53,939 nucleotides of DNA from a virus (taxonomy: Duplodnaviria > Caudoviricetes). The stretch is from positions 1 to 53,939 of the IMG/VR virus record IMGVR_UViG_3300032373_000012. One strand, written 5' to 3'. Positions 1 to 9,331 of this stretch are shown here, in pieces. A program made the position numbers and the translations under genes. The first letter of the stretch is position 1, and each line of letters opens with the position of its first letter. The notes beneath the pieces were generated by a model. It worked only from the letters and a program-made list of their open reading frames with translations, searched no databases and had not been told where the DNA came from.

Positions 1-674
1 GTACTGGAAACTCATGCCCACAAGTTACACATACTTTTGCTCTGGCGTGGTTGTATGTTTGACACTGATCACATAGCCTAACGGGTGCTTCACCTGACCC
101 TTTTTTCGATCCTTTCTTTCTAGGGAGAACTGGGTCGTTAATCGGTCCAAGTCTGGCAGTGTTACCGCCGAAGTCCAAAACTAAACAATTTTCTTTGCCT
201 TGACTCAACCGTGTTCCTCTGCTCAATATCTGTACCCACAATGGGACTGACTTAGTTGGGCGCATTATTACAATCAAATCCAATTTAGGGAAATCGTTAC
301 CTGTGGTCAGTACACCGTTATTCACAATGCAGGTTAAATCGCCGTCTTTGAAGTCGTTAATTATACTGTCTCTGTCCTTGCCTTGTTTTTTCATCTTAGA
401 GTGTACGTAGTCAGCTTTTATACCTAAGCTTTGTAACTCAGCGCATACGTGTTCTGTGTGCTCAATACCACTAGCATAGACTAACCATTTTTTTCTGTCA
501 GACGCATAAGCCGTCTCAACTGTTTCTTTGCAAATAGCCTTAGTTAATTCATCTGTGTCCACCGCAGCTTGTAGATGGGTCAACACATAGTCTTCGCCAG
601 TAGACTTAACCCCTGACACGTCCATCGTCGTACTAGTGGCTTTAGGAACTAACATGCTCAAGTAGCCTTCGTCG
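1..674. repeat. Terminal direct repeat, copy A (matches 53266-53939, imperfect)
   Basis: Ungapped alignment to the window end; 1-108 and 548-674 identical, 27 substitutions between 109 and 547 by manual comparison. Confidence 0.97.
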
Positions 675-1243
675 ATAAACCAGTTAAAATCTTCCATACT
701 GGTCTTGTTATAACAAAAGTCAGTAAAAATACCACCGTCCAACAGTGTGCCCAGTCCCATGCGATAAGGTGTCGCGGTTAATCCGATTACTTTTAGGTTA
801 GGGTTGACTTCCTGTAGTTGACCAAGAACTTTTCGATAACTGGTATTCTGAGAAGCAGACACTAAATGGGCTTCGTCTATTACAACTAAATCTACGTGCC
901 CGAAAGCTTCGACGTTGTTAGCCACAGATTGTATCTGACCAAAAGTTATAGGTTTTGTTGTTGTCTTGCTCTTGAGCGTTGCAGAGTAAAGCCCTGCCGG
1001 TGCTTTAGGCCACATAGAGACAAGTTTCTCAAAATTCTGCCCAATCAGTTCACTTACATGGGTTAGCATCATTACCTTAGTTGTCGGGTAGGCAGCCAAC
1101 GCTCGCATAATAAAATCACCTATTACCAGAGACTTACCTGTGCCGCCAGGCAGAGCGATCAAAGGATTGCCTGCTTTATTCTGGAAGTAGGTAAACACTG
1201 ACTGTACCGCCTCTTCTTGGTATGTTCTAAGGGTATACTTCAT
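1..1243 (-). CDS. SF2 DEAH helicase, RadD/YejH-like, N-terminal part (continues across the junction to 52892; about 538 aa total)
   Basis: Not in ORF track. ATG at 1243 overlaps the upstream TGA; reads MKYTLRTYQEEAV..LPGGTGKS (motif I)..VIDEAH (II)..GLTATP (III). Confidence 0.93.
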   Translation of the reverse strand, partial: MKYTLRTYQEEAVQSVFTYFQNKAGNPLIALPGGTGKSLVIGDFIMRALAAYPTTKVMMLTHVSELIGQNFEKLVSMWPKAPAGLYSATLKSKTTTKPITFGQIQSVANNVEAFGHVDLVVIDEAHLVSASQNTSYRKVLGQLQEVNPNLKVIGLTATPYRMGLGTLLDGGIFTDFCYNKTSMEDFNWFIDEGYLSMLVPKATSTTMDVSGVKSTGEDYVLTHLQAAVDTDELTKAICKETVETAYASDRKKWLVYASGIEHTEHVCAELQSLGIKADYVHSKMKKQGKDRDSIINDFKDGDLTCIVNNGVLTTGNDFPKLDLIVIMRPTKSVPLWVQILSRGTRLSQGKENCLVLDFGGNTARLGPINDPVLPRKKGSKKGSGEAPVRLCDQCQTYNHARAKVCVTCGHEFPV

Positions 1244-1617
1244 GTATCAAAGTGTCTTAGTCTTTTGTTTATATTGGCCACCCAAAAATCAGTCCAGTTG
1301 GTTACAGCATAGGGCAACCCCCAATCATCACCGTAAGCTTCTCTTTGTGCATCTGTGAATATCTCTTTCATGAACTCTATGATGCAGTCTCTACAATACT
1401 TCCTTACAGTAGGTTCAGCTATTTTAAATTCTGCGCCTATAGCGCCCATAGAAATTCTTGTAGTCATATATCTTTTAAATATTTTTAACCTCTTCAACTC
1501 TTGTTTCTTGTAGTTATCCTGGAACTTCTTACAGGACACTGCTGACCCCGCGTTCAAATGGTAATGGCTAGGAACACCGCAATCATAAACCTCTACTGTT
1601 TTCTGTATTTTTTTCAT
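1240..1617 (-). CDS. Hypothetical protein, possible HTH
   Basis: ISMGAIGAEFKIAEPTVRKY resembles a helix-turn-helix; ATGA-coupled to neighbours. Confidence 0.55.
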   Translation of the reverse strand: MKKIQKTVEVYDCGVPSHYHLNAGSAVSCKKFQDNYKKQELKRLKIFKRYMTTRISMGAIGAEFKIAEPTVRKYCRDCIIEFMKEIFTDAQREAYGDDWGLPYAVTNWTDFWVANINKRLRHFDT

Positions 1618-2519
1618 AATAGTATATTGTTGTCAATTAGTCGTAATCTGATAGTGTTGCTATCTTCAGTAGCCATCTGCATGTAGCCACCCACCATGTC
1701 AGGAAAATATCTGTGGTTAGAGCAACCTGTGTGCAAGTACTCTTCCACGTTATTACCTAATTTGCACACCCATTGTTTTTGATCAGCAGGTGAGCAGTAT
1801 CTACATGTTCTGCAATTTACTTCGGCAGGTGCTCCGTGGTGGCAAATCTTATTAAAATCACACCACTTGCATTCGTACCAAGTAGGGTTGTTGTTTACCC
1901 GCGGTGGCGCCTCTTTTGCCAAAATTATTCTATCTGCTCTGGCTAAAAAATTATCAGCATAAGCTTTGTCTAGTTCAACCATCTCCAAGTAAAGGGCATC
2001 TGTGTTCTTATTTATCGCAATGTAGAGAGCATGGTTTAGTTGACCTTTTCGCATATAAACTTGCATCTGAACGTAGTGTTGTGGTTTACTCTCTTTTACG
2101 CCTTTTTTCTCTACGTCTTTAAACGACTTGTCATTGTGTGTTTTAAACTCTAACAGGAAATAGATACCTTCTGGTAAATCAGGTATACCTAATCCGACAC
2201 CGTCCATCGACCCACCAAAGTGACCGCCACTCCCGCTAATCCTGTACTGTTTCCCTGTGTTGTCAACTTCCCAGACTTGGACGCCTGCATCTTTTAGCCA
2301 TTCAACTATTCTAGGTTCTTCCAAATGGCCCCTATTGAATAAACGCAAAACTCTAGCAGGAAAATCACCTTTTTGTGCCCAACGAAAAACATACCATAAT
2401 TTTCTAGCGCAACTATCTCCAATCAAAGACGCGCCTAAGTGGGTTCTGTGCCCGTCGTCGTTATTTTCCACAATAGCTTTGTCTATTGCTTCTAGTGTTT
2501 TATTTGCTTTTTTAATCAT
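1614..2519 (-). CDS. Cas4-like PD-(D/E)XK exonuclease
   Basis: HLGASLIGDSCARKLWY, GSMDG, LLEFKT, HYVQMQVYM, CKWCDF..C; start reassigned to ATG 2519, which overlaps the upstream stop. Confidence 0.88.
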   Translation of the reverse strand: MIKKANKTLEAIDKAIVENNDDGHRTHLGASLIGDSCARKLWYVFRWAQKGDFPARVLRLFNRGHLEEPRIVEWLKDAGVQVWEVDNTGKQYRISGSGGHFGGSMDGVGLGIPDLPEGIYFLLEFKTHNDKSFKDVEKKGVKESKPQHYVQMQVYMRKGQLNHALYIAINKNTDALYLEMVELDKAYADNFLARADRIILAKEAPPRVNNNPTWYECKWCDFNKICHHGAPAEVNCRTCRYCSPADQKQWVCKLGNNVEEYLHTGCSNHRYFPDMVGGYMQMATEDSNTIRLRLIDNNILL

Positions 2520-2773
2520 TCCTGGTGCTCCGTAATAACTACTGAGTATTCCTTGCCTGATTTTGTGGGGAATACGTAAGTCGAATGGCATGGCATCTCT
2601 AGCTCCTGTTCGTCTTCTATGTGGCGGTCTATGCAAAATTTGTACAGATTATCCATAAAAAGGCCAGACGGTAAGCCAAGAGCGTAGTATTTTACGGCTA
2701 ATTTAGTTAGCTCTAAAAATGCTTCCTTTTGTAAAGATAAGGCCATTTCACCGCTGTGAATTATGTCGGTCAT
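2516..2773 (-). CDS. Hypothetical protein
   Basis: GGAG SD upstream; operon-coupled. Confidence 0.65.
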   Translation of the reverse strand: MTDIIHSGEMALSLQKEAFLELTKLAVKYYALGLPSGLFMDNLYKFCIDRHIEDEQELEMPCHSTYVFPTKSGKEYSVVITEHQE

Positions 2774-2837
2774 TGCGCACTCTCCACAATTTTTCTTAAT
2801 CTAAGTTTAATCATAATGCCGCCTTGTTTTTAAAAAT

Positions 2838-2951
2838 TGGGGAGCAAGTCTGGAATCGAACCAGTATCTCTGAGTACCCTCTAGCCGTATCCATGCCTCA
2901 CAACTGCATAACACCCGACGCCCCATTGCTCTACCATTGAGCTACTTGCAA
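2838..2951 (-). ncRNA. tRNA-like element with a 47-nt insert-bearing loop in place of the anticodon loop
   Basis: Minus strand: TA GCTC AATGGTA GAGC (D arm), CTGG TTCGATT CCAG (T arm), GCAAG/CTTGC acceptor pairing, encoded CCA at 2838-2840. Confidence 0.8.
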
Positions 2952-3030
2952 CATAACGCCACTGACAGTTTCCGTATGGGTGGCTCCATACATGTGAATT
3001 TTTGAAGGGTTACTGTCGCCCTCAAGGAAT

Positions 3031-3708
3031 TTATACTGCCGGTGGCGCACCCCAAGGTGCTGCTGCCGTTAACGGCGCTGCTGCTCCTGCCGGAGGAACT
3101 GCTCCTGCTACTGGTGGTGCTACTGGCGGTGGTGCTGTATTAGCAACAGGGGCAGCAGCTTGCACAGGAGGCGTAGCCGTCGGAATAGTCGCAGCCGCAG
3201 GTGGCGTAACCGGTGCGGCCGCAGGTGTAGCAAGGTTTCCCGCTACTGGTGCTGCCGTTGGTATCGGTGCTGCACCTTCTGGTGGCTTCAACGCGGCAAC
3301 TGCAACAAAATGGCTTAACTGAGAACCCGCAGGGTAATCGCCTTTTGCAGGACGTACTTTCAGCACTACGCCTGTTTGAGCGTTTATCATATTCTCCAAG
3401 CAAATTGATCCTGGATTCATGACACCTGTGGAAAAACATAAAGCAGATAAGTTGCCTTGCGCTATTTCTACAGCCGCTTGGTTTGTACTAAAGAGATTAA
3501 AATTCTCGTAGAATTTTCTTCCCGCTAAAGGATGACCTGCGGATACAACAAATTCAGCTTTAATGTAGCGTATTGGATTTGGTGAATCTACAGTGTCCTT
3601 TGTGGCAACCCACTCAGCACTAACTAAGTGCATCGGGTACTCGCCTACAGGTAAGGACGGTGGAGCGCCTGTATTAGGTGCGTATTGGTTTGGATCGAAT
3701 TGGAACAT
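3031..3708 (-). CDS. DUF669-like putative ssDNA-binding protein with Pro/Ala-rich tail
   Basis: LPVGEY, GRKFYENFNL..AVEIAQGNL motifs; tail ending APW; next to Sak4-like gene. Confidence 0.75.
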   Translation of the reverse strand: MFQFDPNQYAPNTGAPPSLPVGEYPMHLVSAEWVATKDTVDSPNPIRYIKAEFVVSAGHPLAGRKFYENFNLFSTNQAAVEIAQGNLSALCFSTGVMNPGSICLENMINAQTGVVLKVRPAKGDYPAGSQLSHFVAVAALKPPEGAAPIPTAAPVAGNLATPAAAPVTPPAAATIPTATPPVQAAAPVANTAPPPVAPPVAGAVPPAGAAAPLTAAAPWGAPPAV

Positions 3709-3712
3709 TATT

Positions 3713-4432
3713 TTATTCTCCTAAAATTTTATTAAAAATATGTGTCAAGTTGGGTATTTCATTTATGTCTAAAGAACCTGACCTATCTTTAGCTTCATAT
3801 TGAAAATCGGGTTGAGTCTGCACGTAACGTGTGTCGTTACCATTGACGTCTTTTGCCATTCTAAGACAAAACACTTCGTCAAAATAGTACGGCAGCATCT
3901 GTCCTAACTTTGAACCAGGCATACTGGGCATCATCTTAGTGGCATTGTTGCCTACGTCTACTGCGGCTTGTTTGGCTATAACCACAATATTCTTGTTGGG
4001 TAAATCCCTGAACTGTTTAACAATATCGACCATCTGCTCAATTAACTCGCCATAGGCTTGTCTAGGGTCCTTAACCGTCGCTTTTGCGTTGGCTAGGCAC
4101 TGTTCTGCCATCTCAGTTATTGAGTCTAACCCGATAGTCTGAAAGGCATCAACTTGATTAGTTTTACAGACAGCCAGTGCCTGCTGCAAATCAGTAAAAG
4201 TCGCTATCTTCATGACGGGTATGTCATAGGTGATAGCAGGATTGTTTTCTCCAAAAATCTTAACTAAGTTCTTTTTCTTTAGTGACAAAAGACCCTTCTC
4301 CCCAGATATTATCAAGGGAGCAGGTGCTGTGGACAACAATACTGTCTTGCCCGTACCCGCCGGAGCATGAACTAATACTTTTACTCCGCTTATTTGCGCC
4401 TCAACTGAGGTAGTAGTGAACTCTAAGGTCAT
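3713..4432 (-). CDS. AAA_24 / Sak4-like ATPase (ssDNA annealing)
   Basis: Walker A APAGTGKT, LDSITE, PYYFDEV, AKDRSG; start reassigned to ATG 4432. Confidence 0.85.
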   Translation of the reverse strand: MTLEFTTTSVEAQISGVKVLVHAPAGTGKTVLLSTAPAPLIISGEKGLLSLKKKNLVKIFGENNPAITYDIPVMKIATFTDLQQALAVCKTNQVDAFQTIGLDSITEMAEQCLANAKATVKDPRQAYGELIEQMVDIVKQFRDLPNKNIVVIAKQAAVDVGNNATKMMPSMPGSKLGQMLPYYFDEVFCLRMAKDVNGNDTRYVQTQPDFQYEAKDRSGSLDINEIPNLTHIFNKILGE

Positions 4433-4653
4433 GACGCTTCTCTTTTCAACTGTTTGTAGGTTTTTCTGGTGCACGTACCAAGTTTTGTGGGAACACCGTT
4501 AACGACTTTTCGTACTTCTCCTGTCGGCGTCCCATTTACAGACGTCACGCTCACAAACTGAGGGGGACGTCCGAGAACGTAACGTGTCTTCTTTTGGCCG
4601 ACGGTAAGACTAAAAGCTTCGGCTCTTAGTCTTCTGGCTTTACGCCCGTTCAT
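4429..4653 (-). CDS. Small basic hypothetical protein
   Basis: MNGRKARRLR N-terminus; coupled to neighbours. Confidence 0.65.
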   Translation of the reverse strand: MNGRKARRLRAEAFSLTVGQKKTRYVLGRPPQFVSVTSVNGTPTGEVRKVVNGVPTKLGTCTRKTYKQLKREAS

Positions 4654-5402
4654 TCTTCTGACTCGATTACTGGCGAAGCCCCAGTGAAACCAAGTGCGGT
4701 TAAACCTTCAGCATTGTACGTTTCTTCAATGTAGGCTTTAATTTCTTTACGCTTTTTTGAGCGTTTTTCAGCCAATAGAATTTTTCTGGCAGATTTATCA
4801 CGTTCCATGCACTCTAGGTACGTATTAGTGTCAACTACGCCAACAATCCATTTAAGCCCGTTGTTCTTCAAGGCAGCATCGTAATCAGCTTCTTCGTCAA
4901 TAACATGTACTATGGCGAAATTATAGTCAGGCGAATCTATATCGCCGCGATTCGTCACTACTAAATCACCTACTTTGATTTCTTGGTCGGACTTTATTTT
5001 GTAGGTGGTGAGACTAGCCTGTACTTCTTCGGGTTTAGGCTCTCTCAAATTAAAACACACTTTTACTGTTTTGAACGACTCATCTAATAAAGTGATAGCT
5101 TGGTTTAGGTTTATGTTTAAATTGTTTTCTTGCATTTCATTCTCCTGTAAATAATCTGGGGTAGGGTTAAGCGGCTCTATCTCCACTATACGGCACAATG
5201 AGTCGCGCCAATCCATGCCTGGCGTATCGTGGGTGCAATCCGCATACCGCCACTGACCTTGCTTTTTTTGCCAACCGCCAGAGTTGGTCGCAAGTTCAGG
5301 CGGTAAGGCGCTACCCATTAAAAAAAATACATCGCCGTTACTATTTGTTACGCGCCAATTAGCATGATCTGGCATGTCGTCTGTTTTTATGATGTCTCGC
5401 AT
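4650..5402 (-). CDS. Hypothetical protein, possibly two fused units
   Basis: GGAG SD; internal in-frame CAGGAG-AATGAA-ATG before MQENNL. Confidence 0.65.
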   Translation of the reverse strand: MRDIIKTDDMPDHANWRVTNSNGDVFFLMGSALPPELATNSGGWQKKQGQWRYADCTHDTPGMDWRDSLCRIVEIEPLNPTPDYLQENEMQENNLNINLNQAITLLDESFKTVKVCFNLREPKPEEVQASLTTYKIKSDQEIKVGDLVVTNRGDIDSPDYNFAIVHVIDEEADYDAALKNNGLKWIVGVVDTNTYLECMERDKSARKILLAEKRSKKRKEIKAYIEETYNAEGLTALGFTGASPVIESEE

Positions 5403-5424
5403 ACTTTACTCCAAAAATTAAATC

Positions 5425-5482
5425 TAACCATACGCCTGTTGTCGAAATCTTACTGAAGGATTAGAGGTCAGGCGCATGATTA
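5425..5482 (-). promoter_or_regulatory. Intergenic 14-bp RNA stem
   Basis: TAATCATGCGCCTG / CAGGCGTATGGTTA; two G-U pairs that work only on the transcribed minus strand. Confidence 0.55.
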
Positions 5483-5490
5483 AAACTGGG

Positions 5491-5880
5491 TTATCTTTTA
5501 GGTTTAGTTATTTTCAAAGTAGGCGTCGCAGGCTTAGTTGTCACTGCTGACATAAGCAAGGCTTTATCGTTATCGTCGATAAACTCAAAAGCTTTGTAGT
5601 TAATGCCGTATGTCAGTTTAACCGCTTTATCTGCCGCTGTAGCAGACAGATTGTTAATCACTGTCACCAATACGGCTTGGTCAACACTCTTAGATTCTTT
5701 GGCAGTGCCTTGTAGAATCCAATCTGCGTTTAGCGGTATGTTGTTGACACCTAGTTTAGGGTTAGGGAACATGTCAGCAAAAATTTCTTTACGTAACTTG
5801 AGTTCCTGTGCTTTTAATCGGGTTAGCTTCTGTTGAGTTTCTTCCCAAAGGGTTAATTTGTCTATTTGTTCTTGATTCAT
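5491..5880 (-). CDS. Hypothetical protein, first gene of the replication operon
   Basis: AGGA SD, follows sigma70 promoter, coiled-coil N-terminus. Confidence 0.7.
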   Translation of the reverse strand: MNQEQIDKLTLWEETQQKLTRLKAQELKLRKEIFADMFPNPKLGVNNIPLNADWILQGTAKESKSVDQAVLVTVINNLSATAADKAVKLTYGINYKAFEFIDDNDKALLMSAVTTKPATPTLKITKPKR

Positions 5881-5913
5881 ATTGTTTTCCTATTTTCTTC
5901 AAATTCGTCGCCC

Positions 5914-5942
5914 ATCTTAATGGAAAGACTTCAACCTGTCAA
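5914..5942 (-). promoter_or_regulatory. Sigma70 promoter of the leftward replication operon
   Basis: TTGACA-17 nt-TAAGAT on minus strand. Confidence 0.75.
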
Positions 5943-6000
5943 CAATTTATTTAAAATAAGTGTCATTTATATTAAACTACTATAGAAACACACAATTATG

Positions 6001-6030
6001 TTGACATATAAGCACCACTTATACTAAAAT
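6001..6030 (+). promoter_or_regulatory. Sigma70 promoter with palindromic operator in the spacer
   Basis: TTGACA-18 nt-TAAAAT; TATAAG-cacca-CTTATA at 6007-6023. Confidence 0.65.
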
Positions 6031-6059
6031 GCTGTTTTTTACCAACATAGAGATGTATT

Positions 6060-6281
6060 ATGAATAATTTACCGTGCGATAATCCAGGACATTTGTTCCG
6101 CAAAGCTATTTCATTAGTTAATAGCTACCCGCACTCAGAAGCACAGCTCTCGCTAAAACTAGGTATCCCGCAGAACTGGTTGTGGAAATTTAAAAGCGAG
6201 AATATCCAGAACCCATCTGTTAATAGAATAGAGCACATCATAAGAGGACTAGAACCAACTTACTTAGCAAATGTGAAATAA
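6060..6281 (+). CDS. Cro/XRE-like HTH regulator
   Basis: SEAQLSLKLGIPQNWLWKF..NPSVNRIE pattern. Confidence 0.7.
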   Translation: MNNLPCDNPGHLFRKAISLVNSYPHSEAQLSLKLGIPQNWLWKFKSENIQNPSVNRIEHIIRGLEPTYLANVK

Positions 6282-8570
6282 ATGCAGATCACCAAAATAC
6301 CACCAGAGTTAAAAACTCTGAACCAATGGGTGTGTTGGCGACTTGTGACATTAGACAGTAAGGACGCAGACGGCAACTTTAAAACAACCAAGCACCCGTA
6401 TAACCCACTGACGGGCAAAAAAGCGAGTGTCACTGACCCAAGCACTTGGGTGTCTTTTGAGCAGGCGGTTTCTTTAGCGGTTATTTACTCAGGAATAGGT
6501 TTTGTCTTAACTGAACACGACCCTTACACTATTATTGATTTAGACGCGCCTTTGACCGATGAACAACGCAATAGGCACAATGTTATTATGCGTGAGTTCC
6601 CTAGCTACACTGAACTCAGCCCTTCTGGTACAGGTGTGCATATTGTCGTGAAAGGTGCTGTCCACAAAGGTGTAAACAGAGATAAAGTTGAGGTTTACTC
6701 AGACCTGCGCTACATGACCTTCACAGGCAATGTACTAAACAATCTACCTATAACAGAGCATCAATACAAACTTAATGTACTGATGTCCGAAATAGCCCCA
6801 CCTGTTTCCAATACTGAGTTAATAGAGCAAGAGCCCGTTATTTCTGACGCTGACCTAATACACATGGCGCAAAACGCTGAGAATAAACACAAGTTTGACG
6901 CTCTTTGCCACGGTGATTGGCAGCACGACTACAAAAGTCAATCTGAAGCAGATGCAGCTTTAATGTCAATGTTCTGTTTCTACACAAAGAGCAATGAACA
7001 AGTAAGGCGCCTATTCAGACAAACAGTTTTAGGACAGAGAGAAAAGTCCCAGATAAATGACAGATACCTTGATTATACTTTGTTGTGGATACGTAAAAAC
7101 GAAGTTCCGGCTGTTGACCTAAACGAATTAAAAGAAAACGCTAAAAATGCAGCTAACTTCCAAGAGCCGGAGGTTGTGCCCGCTTTATCTCAAGAAATAG
7201 CTCAAGAACAGGTGATAACTGCACAAAAACCAGAAGTAGACCCTGATTTCTACCCTCCTGGGCTGACAGGCGATATTGCTCGTTACATTTATGAAAGTTC
7301 TATGCGCCCAGTCAAAGAAATAGCTTTAATAACAGCTTTAGGTATTATGGCAGGTGTATCGGGCAGAGCATATAACACCTATACAGGTGCAGGGCTTAAC
7401 TTGTACTTACTTTTACTAGCAAAGACAGGTACAGGCAAGGAAGAAATGACACGAGCACCGCACAGGTTGTTTAACGCTTTGCCTGACACCTTTGTAGCAG
7501 CTAAAGAATTTCTAGGTGCAGGTGATTTTGCATCTGGCCAAGCGCTTGTTAAATATTTAGACACTAAGCCATGCTTTCTTTCTATTTTTTCCGAGTTTGC
7601 TCCGACTTTCCACAAGATAACTGCGGTCAATGCGTCCTCGCATGATGCTATGTTCAGGAAAGTGCTTCTCCAACTACTCAGTAAGTCTGGTAAAGACGGT
7701 GTGTTGATGGAAACTGCATACGCAGACGCAACTAAGAACACTAAAACAATAATGTCACCCAGTTTGACGTTATTGTGTGAAGCGGCGCCTCGTGAGTTAT
7801 TCGACAAAATGAACGCATCTCACATAGCTAGTGGTTTTTTACCTAGATTCTCTATTATAGAGTATTCAGGTGGTAGACCTAAATCCAACCGTAACGCAAA
7901 TGTGCCGCCCTCAGAGTATTTAGTCGGACGATTCGCTGAACTGGCAGATAAGTCACTGTTAATACAGCACGATCAAAATGTGTGCGTTGTACAATGCACT
8001 CAAGAAGCTAAAGATAAACTTGAGGCGTATGACCACAAAGTAGATGCGTATTGGAATAACCCAACCATACCTGAAGCAACGTTAGAGCTATGGAATAGGG
8101 CGCATTTAAAAGTGCTAAAAATATCCTCTTTGTTGGCGGTCGGTGTAAACTGCCAAACGCCTGTTATCACACTGGATCAAGTCCAATGGGCTATTAAGTT
8201 TGTCAACAAAGATGTCAACTACATGATAAACAAATTTGCTACTGGCGGTATCGGTACAGGTGCAACGGCGCAAGAAAAAGCGGTTAAAAGTTGTATAACT
8301 AAATTCATGGGCTTAACCCCACTACAAAAAACCCGTAAAGCTAAAGCACGAAAAGCCGTTACAGCAGGGCTTATCCCTTATCTTTACATTAAACAGGAAG
8401 TTGGAAGTAAAAGTTTATTTGAAAACGACAAGATGGGCAGTGTTTTTGCCCTTGATAAAGTACTCAAAGAAATGGTGAAATCTGCTGAATTAGTTCTTGT
8501 GGATAAAGTAACCGCTAGAAACGAGTATAACACAGCAGGTGTTCTTTACGGCATCGGCGATAATTGGTAA
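6282..8570 (+). CDS. Primase-polymerase (AEP, NrS-1-like) fused to helical bundle and DUF3987-like P-loop domain
   Basis: IPPELKTLNQWVCW, IIDLD, YTELSPSGTGVHI, RYMTFTG, SQSEADAAL, AKTGTGKE. Confidence 0.88.
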   Translation: MQITKIPPELKTLNQWVCWRLVTLDSKDADGNFKTTKHPYNPLTGKKASVTDPSTWVSFEQAVSLAVIYSGIGFVLTEHDPYTIIDLDAPLTDEQRNRHNVIMREFPSYTELSPSGTGVHIVVKGAVHKGVNRDKVEVYSDLRYMTFTGNVLNNLPITEHQYKLNVLMSEIAPPVSNTELIEQEPVISDADLIHMAQNAENKHKFDALCHGDWQHDYKSQSEADAALMSMFCFYTKSNEQVRRLFRQTVLGQREKSQINDRYLDYTLLWIRKNEVPAVDLNELKENAKNAANFQEPEVVPALSQEIAQEQVITAQKPEVDPDFYPPGLTGDIARYIYESSMRPVKEIALITALGIMAGVSGRAYNTYTGAGLNLYLLLLAKTGTGKEEMTRAPHRLFNALPDTFVAAKEFLGAGDFASGQALVKYLDTKPCFLSIFSEFAPTFHKITAVNASSHDAMFRKVLLQLLSKSGKDGVLMETAYADATKNTKTIMSPSLTLLCEAAPRELFDKMNASHIASGFLPRFSIIEYSGGRPKSNRNANVPPSEYLVGRFAELADKSLLIQHDQNVCVVQCTQEAKDKLEAYDHKVDAYWNNPTIPEATLELWNRAHLKVLKISSLLAVGVNCQTPVITLDQVQWAIKFVNKDVNYMINKFATGGIGTGATAQEKAVKSCITKFMGLTPLQKTRKAKARKAVTAGLIPYLYIKQEVGSKSLFENDKMGSVFALDKVLKEMVKSAELVLVDKVTARNEYNTAGVLYGIGDNW

Positions 8571-8588
8571 TAACATAGAGGATTGATA

Positions 8589-8999
8589 ATGAATATAGAT
8601 ATTGAACAACTAAAGGAAAGAATAAAAAACAACGTGGATGATATGATTGGTAATTTTCCAAATTTAGCCAAACATAACTCAAATCACGCATCAATTAAAC
8701 TATCATTTAATGAGCAAGTGGCATTATTGTCACATTTAAAAGCACTAGAACAACAACAAGACAGAATTAATGAGCTTGAAAAGGCTAGTGAGTGGGTTAG
8801 TGTTGATGATAGACCACCAGAATTTGAGGTAGATGTATGGTGTCATGGCTATAATCAAAATTCAAATCAAACACTTGAAGATAGGGGCTGTTATTACAAA
8901 AATCACGATGGAAAATTTGTTATTGAATTTGATGACTATCCTTACCACATTGTAACCCATTGGAAACCACTACCAAAACCACCAGAGGGTAAGTTATGA
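8589..8999 (+). CDS. DUF551-domain protein with MxIDIE/ALEQQQ leader
   Basis: EWVSVDDRPPE...VTHWKPLPKPP. Confidence 0.75.
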   Translation: MNIDIEQLKERIKNNVDDMIGNFPNLAKHNSNHASIKLSFNEQVALLSHLKALEQQQDRINELEKASEWVSVDDRPPEFEVDVWCHGYNQNSNQTLEDRGCYYKNHDGKFVIEFDDYPYHIVTHWKPLPKPPEGKL

Positions 9000-9331
9000 G
9001 TATAGATATTGAAAGAGTAGTAAAGGGGCTAAATAGATTAGCCCACTGTGTTAATGATAAGTCTATTCATGTAGCAATAAAAGCACTAGAACAACAACAA
9101 AAAGCCATTGAGGATAGGGATAAGGTTATTAATAGAGAATGTCAATGGTATTTAGACTTAAACGAGTTAGAGAATACTTTTATAGCCTCTTGCAACAATA
9201 ATGGATTTTTATTGTATGAAGGTGGCCTAAAAGATAATAATATGAATTGCTGCCCATACTGCGGAGGCAAGATTGTTGAAACTGCTACACATAAAGAGCA
9301 CAAACTACCAAACATAGAGGATGAGTTATGA
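8996..9331 (+). CDS. Hypothetical Zn-ribbon-like protein with MSIDIE/ALEQQQ leader
   Basis: CCPYCGGKI. Confidence 0.7.
   Translation: MSIDIERVVKGLNRLAHCVNDKSIHVAIKALEQQQKAIEDRDKVINRECQWYLDLNELENTFIASCNNNGFLLYEGGLKDNNMNCCPYCGGKIVETATHKEHKLPNIEDEL

Noticed and set aside
1-674. Diverged repeat pair as DGR template/variable repeats
   Set aside because: Differences are not adenine-specific and are mostly synonymous; no reverse transcriptase is present
1614-2519. Cas4-like gene as a sign of a CRISPR system
   Set aside because: No repeat-spacer array or other cas genes; it sits in a standard phage recombination module
3002-3439. Alternative-frame and antisense ORFs in the track (e.g. 3002-3322, 7379-7807, 35887-36489, 52046-52462)
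   Set aside because: Shadows of well-supported genes with no SD or motifs
6060-6281. Lysogeny module
   Set aside because: Only one small HTH; no integrase, CI-type peptidase domain or partition genes seen
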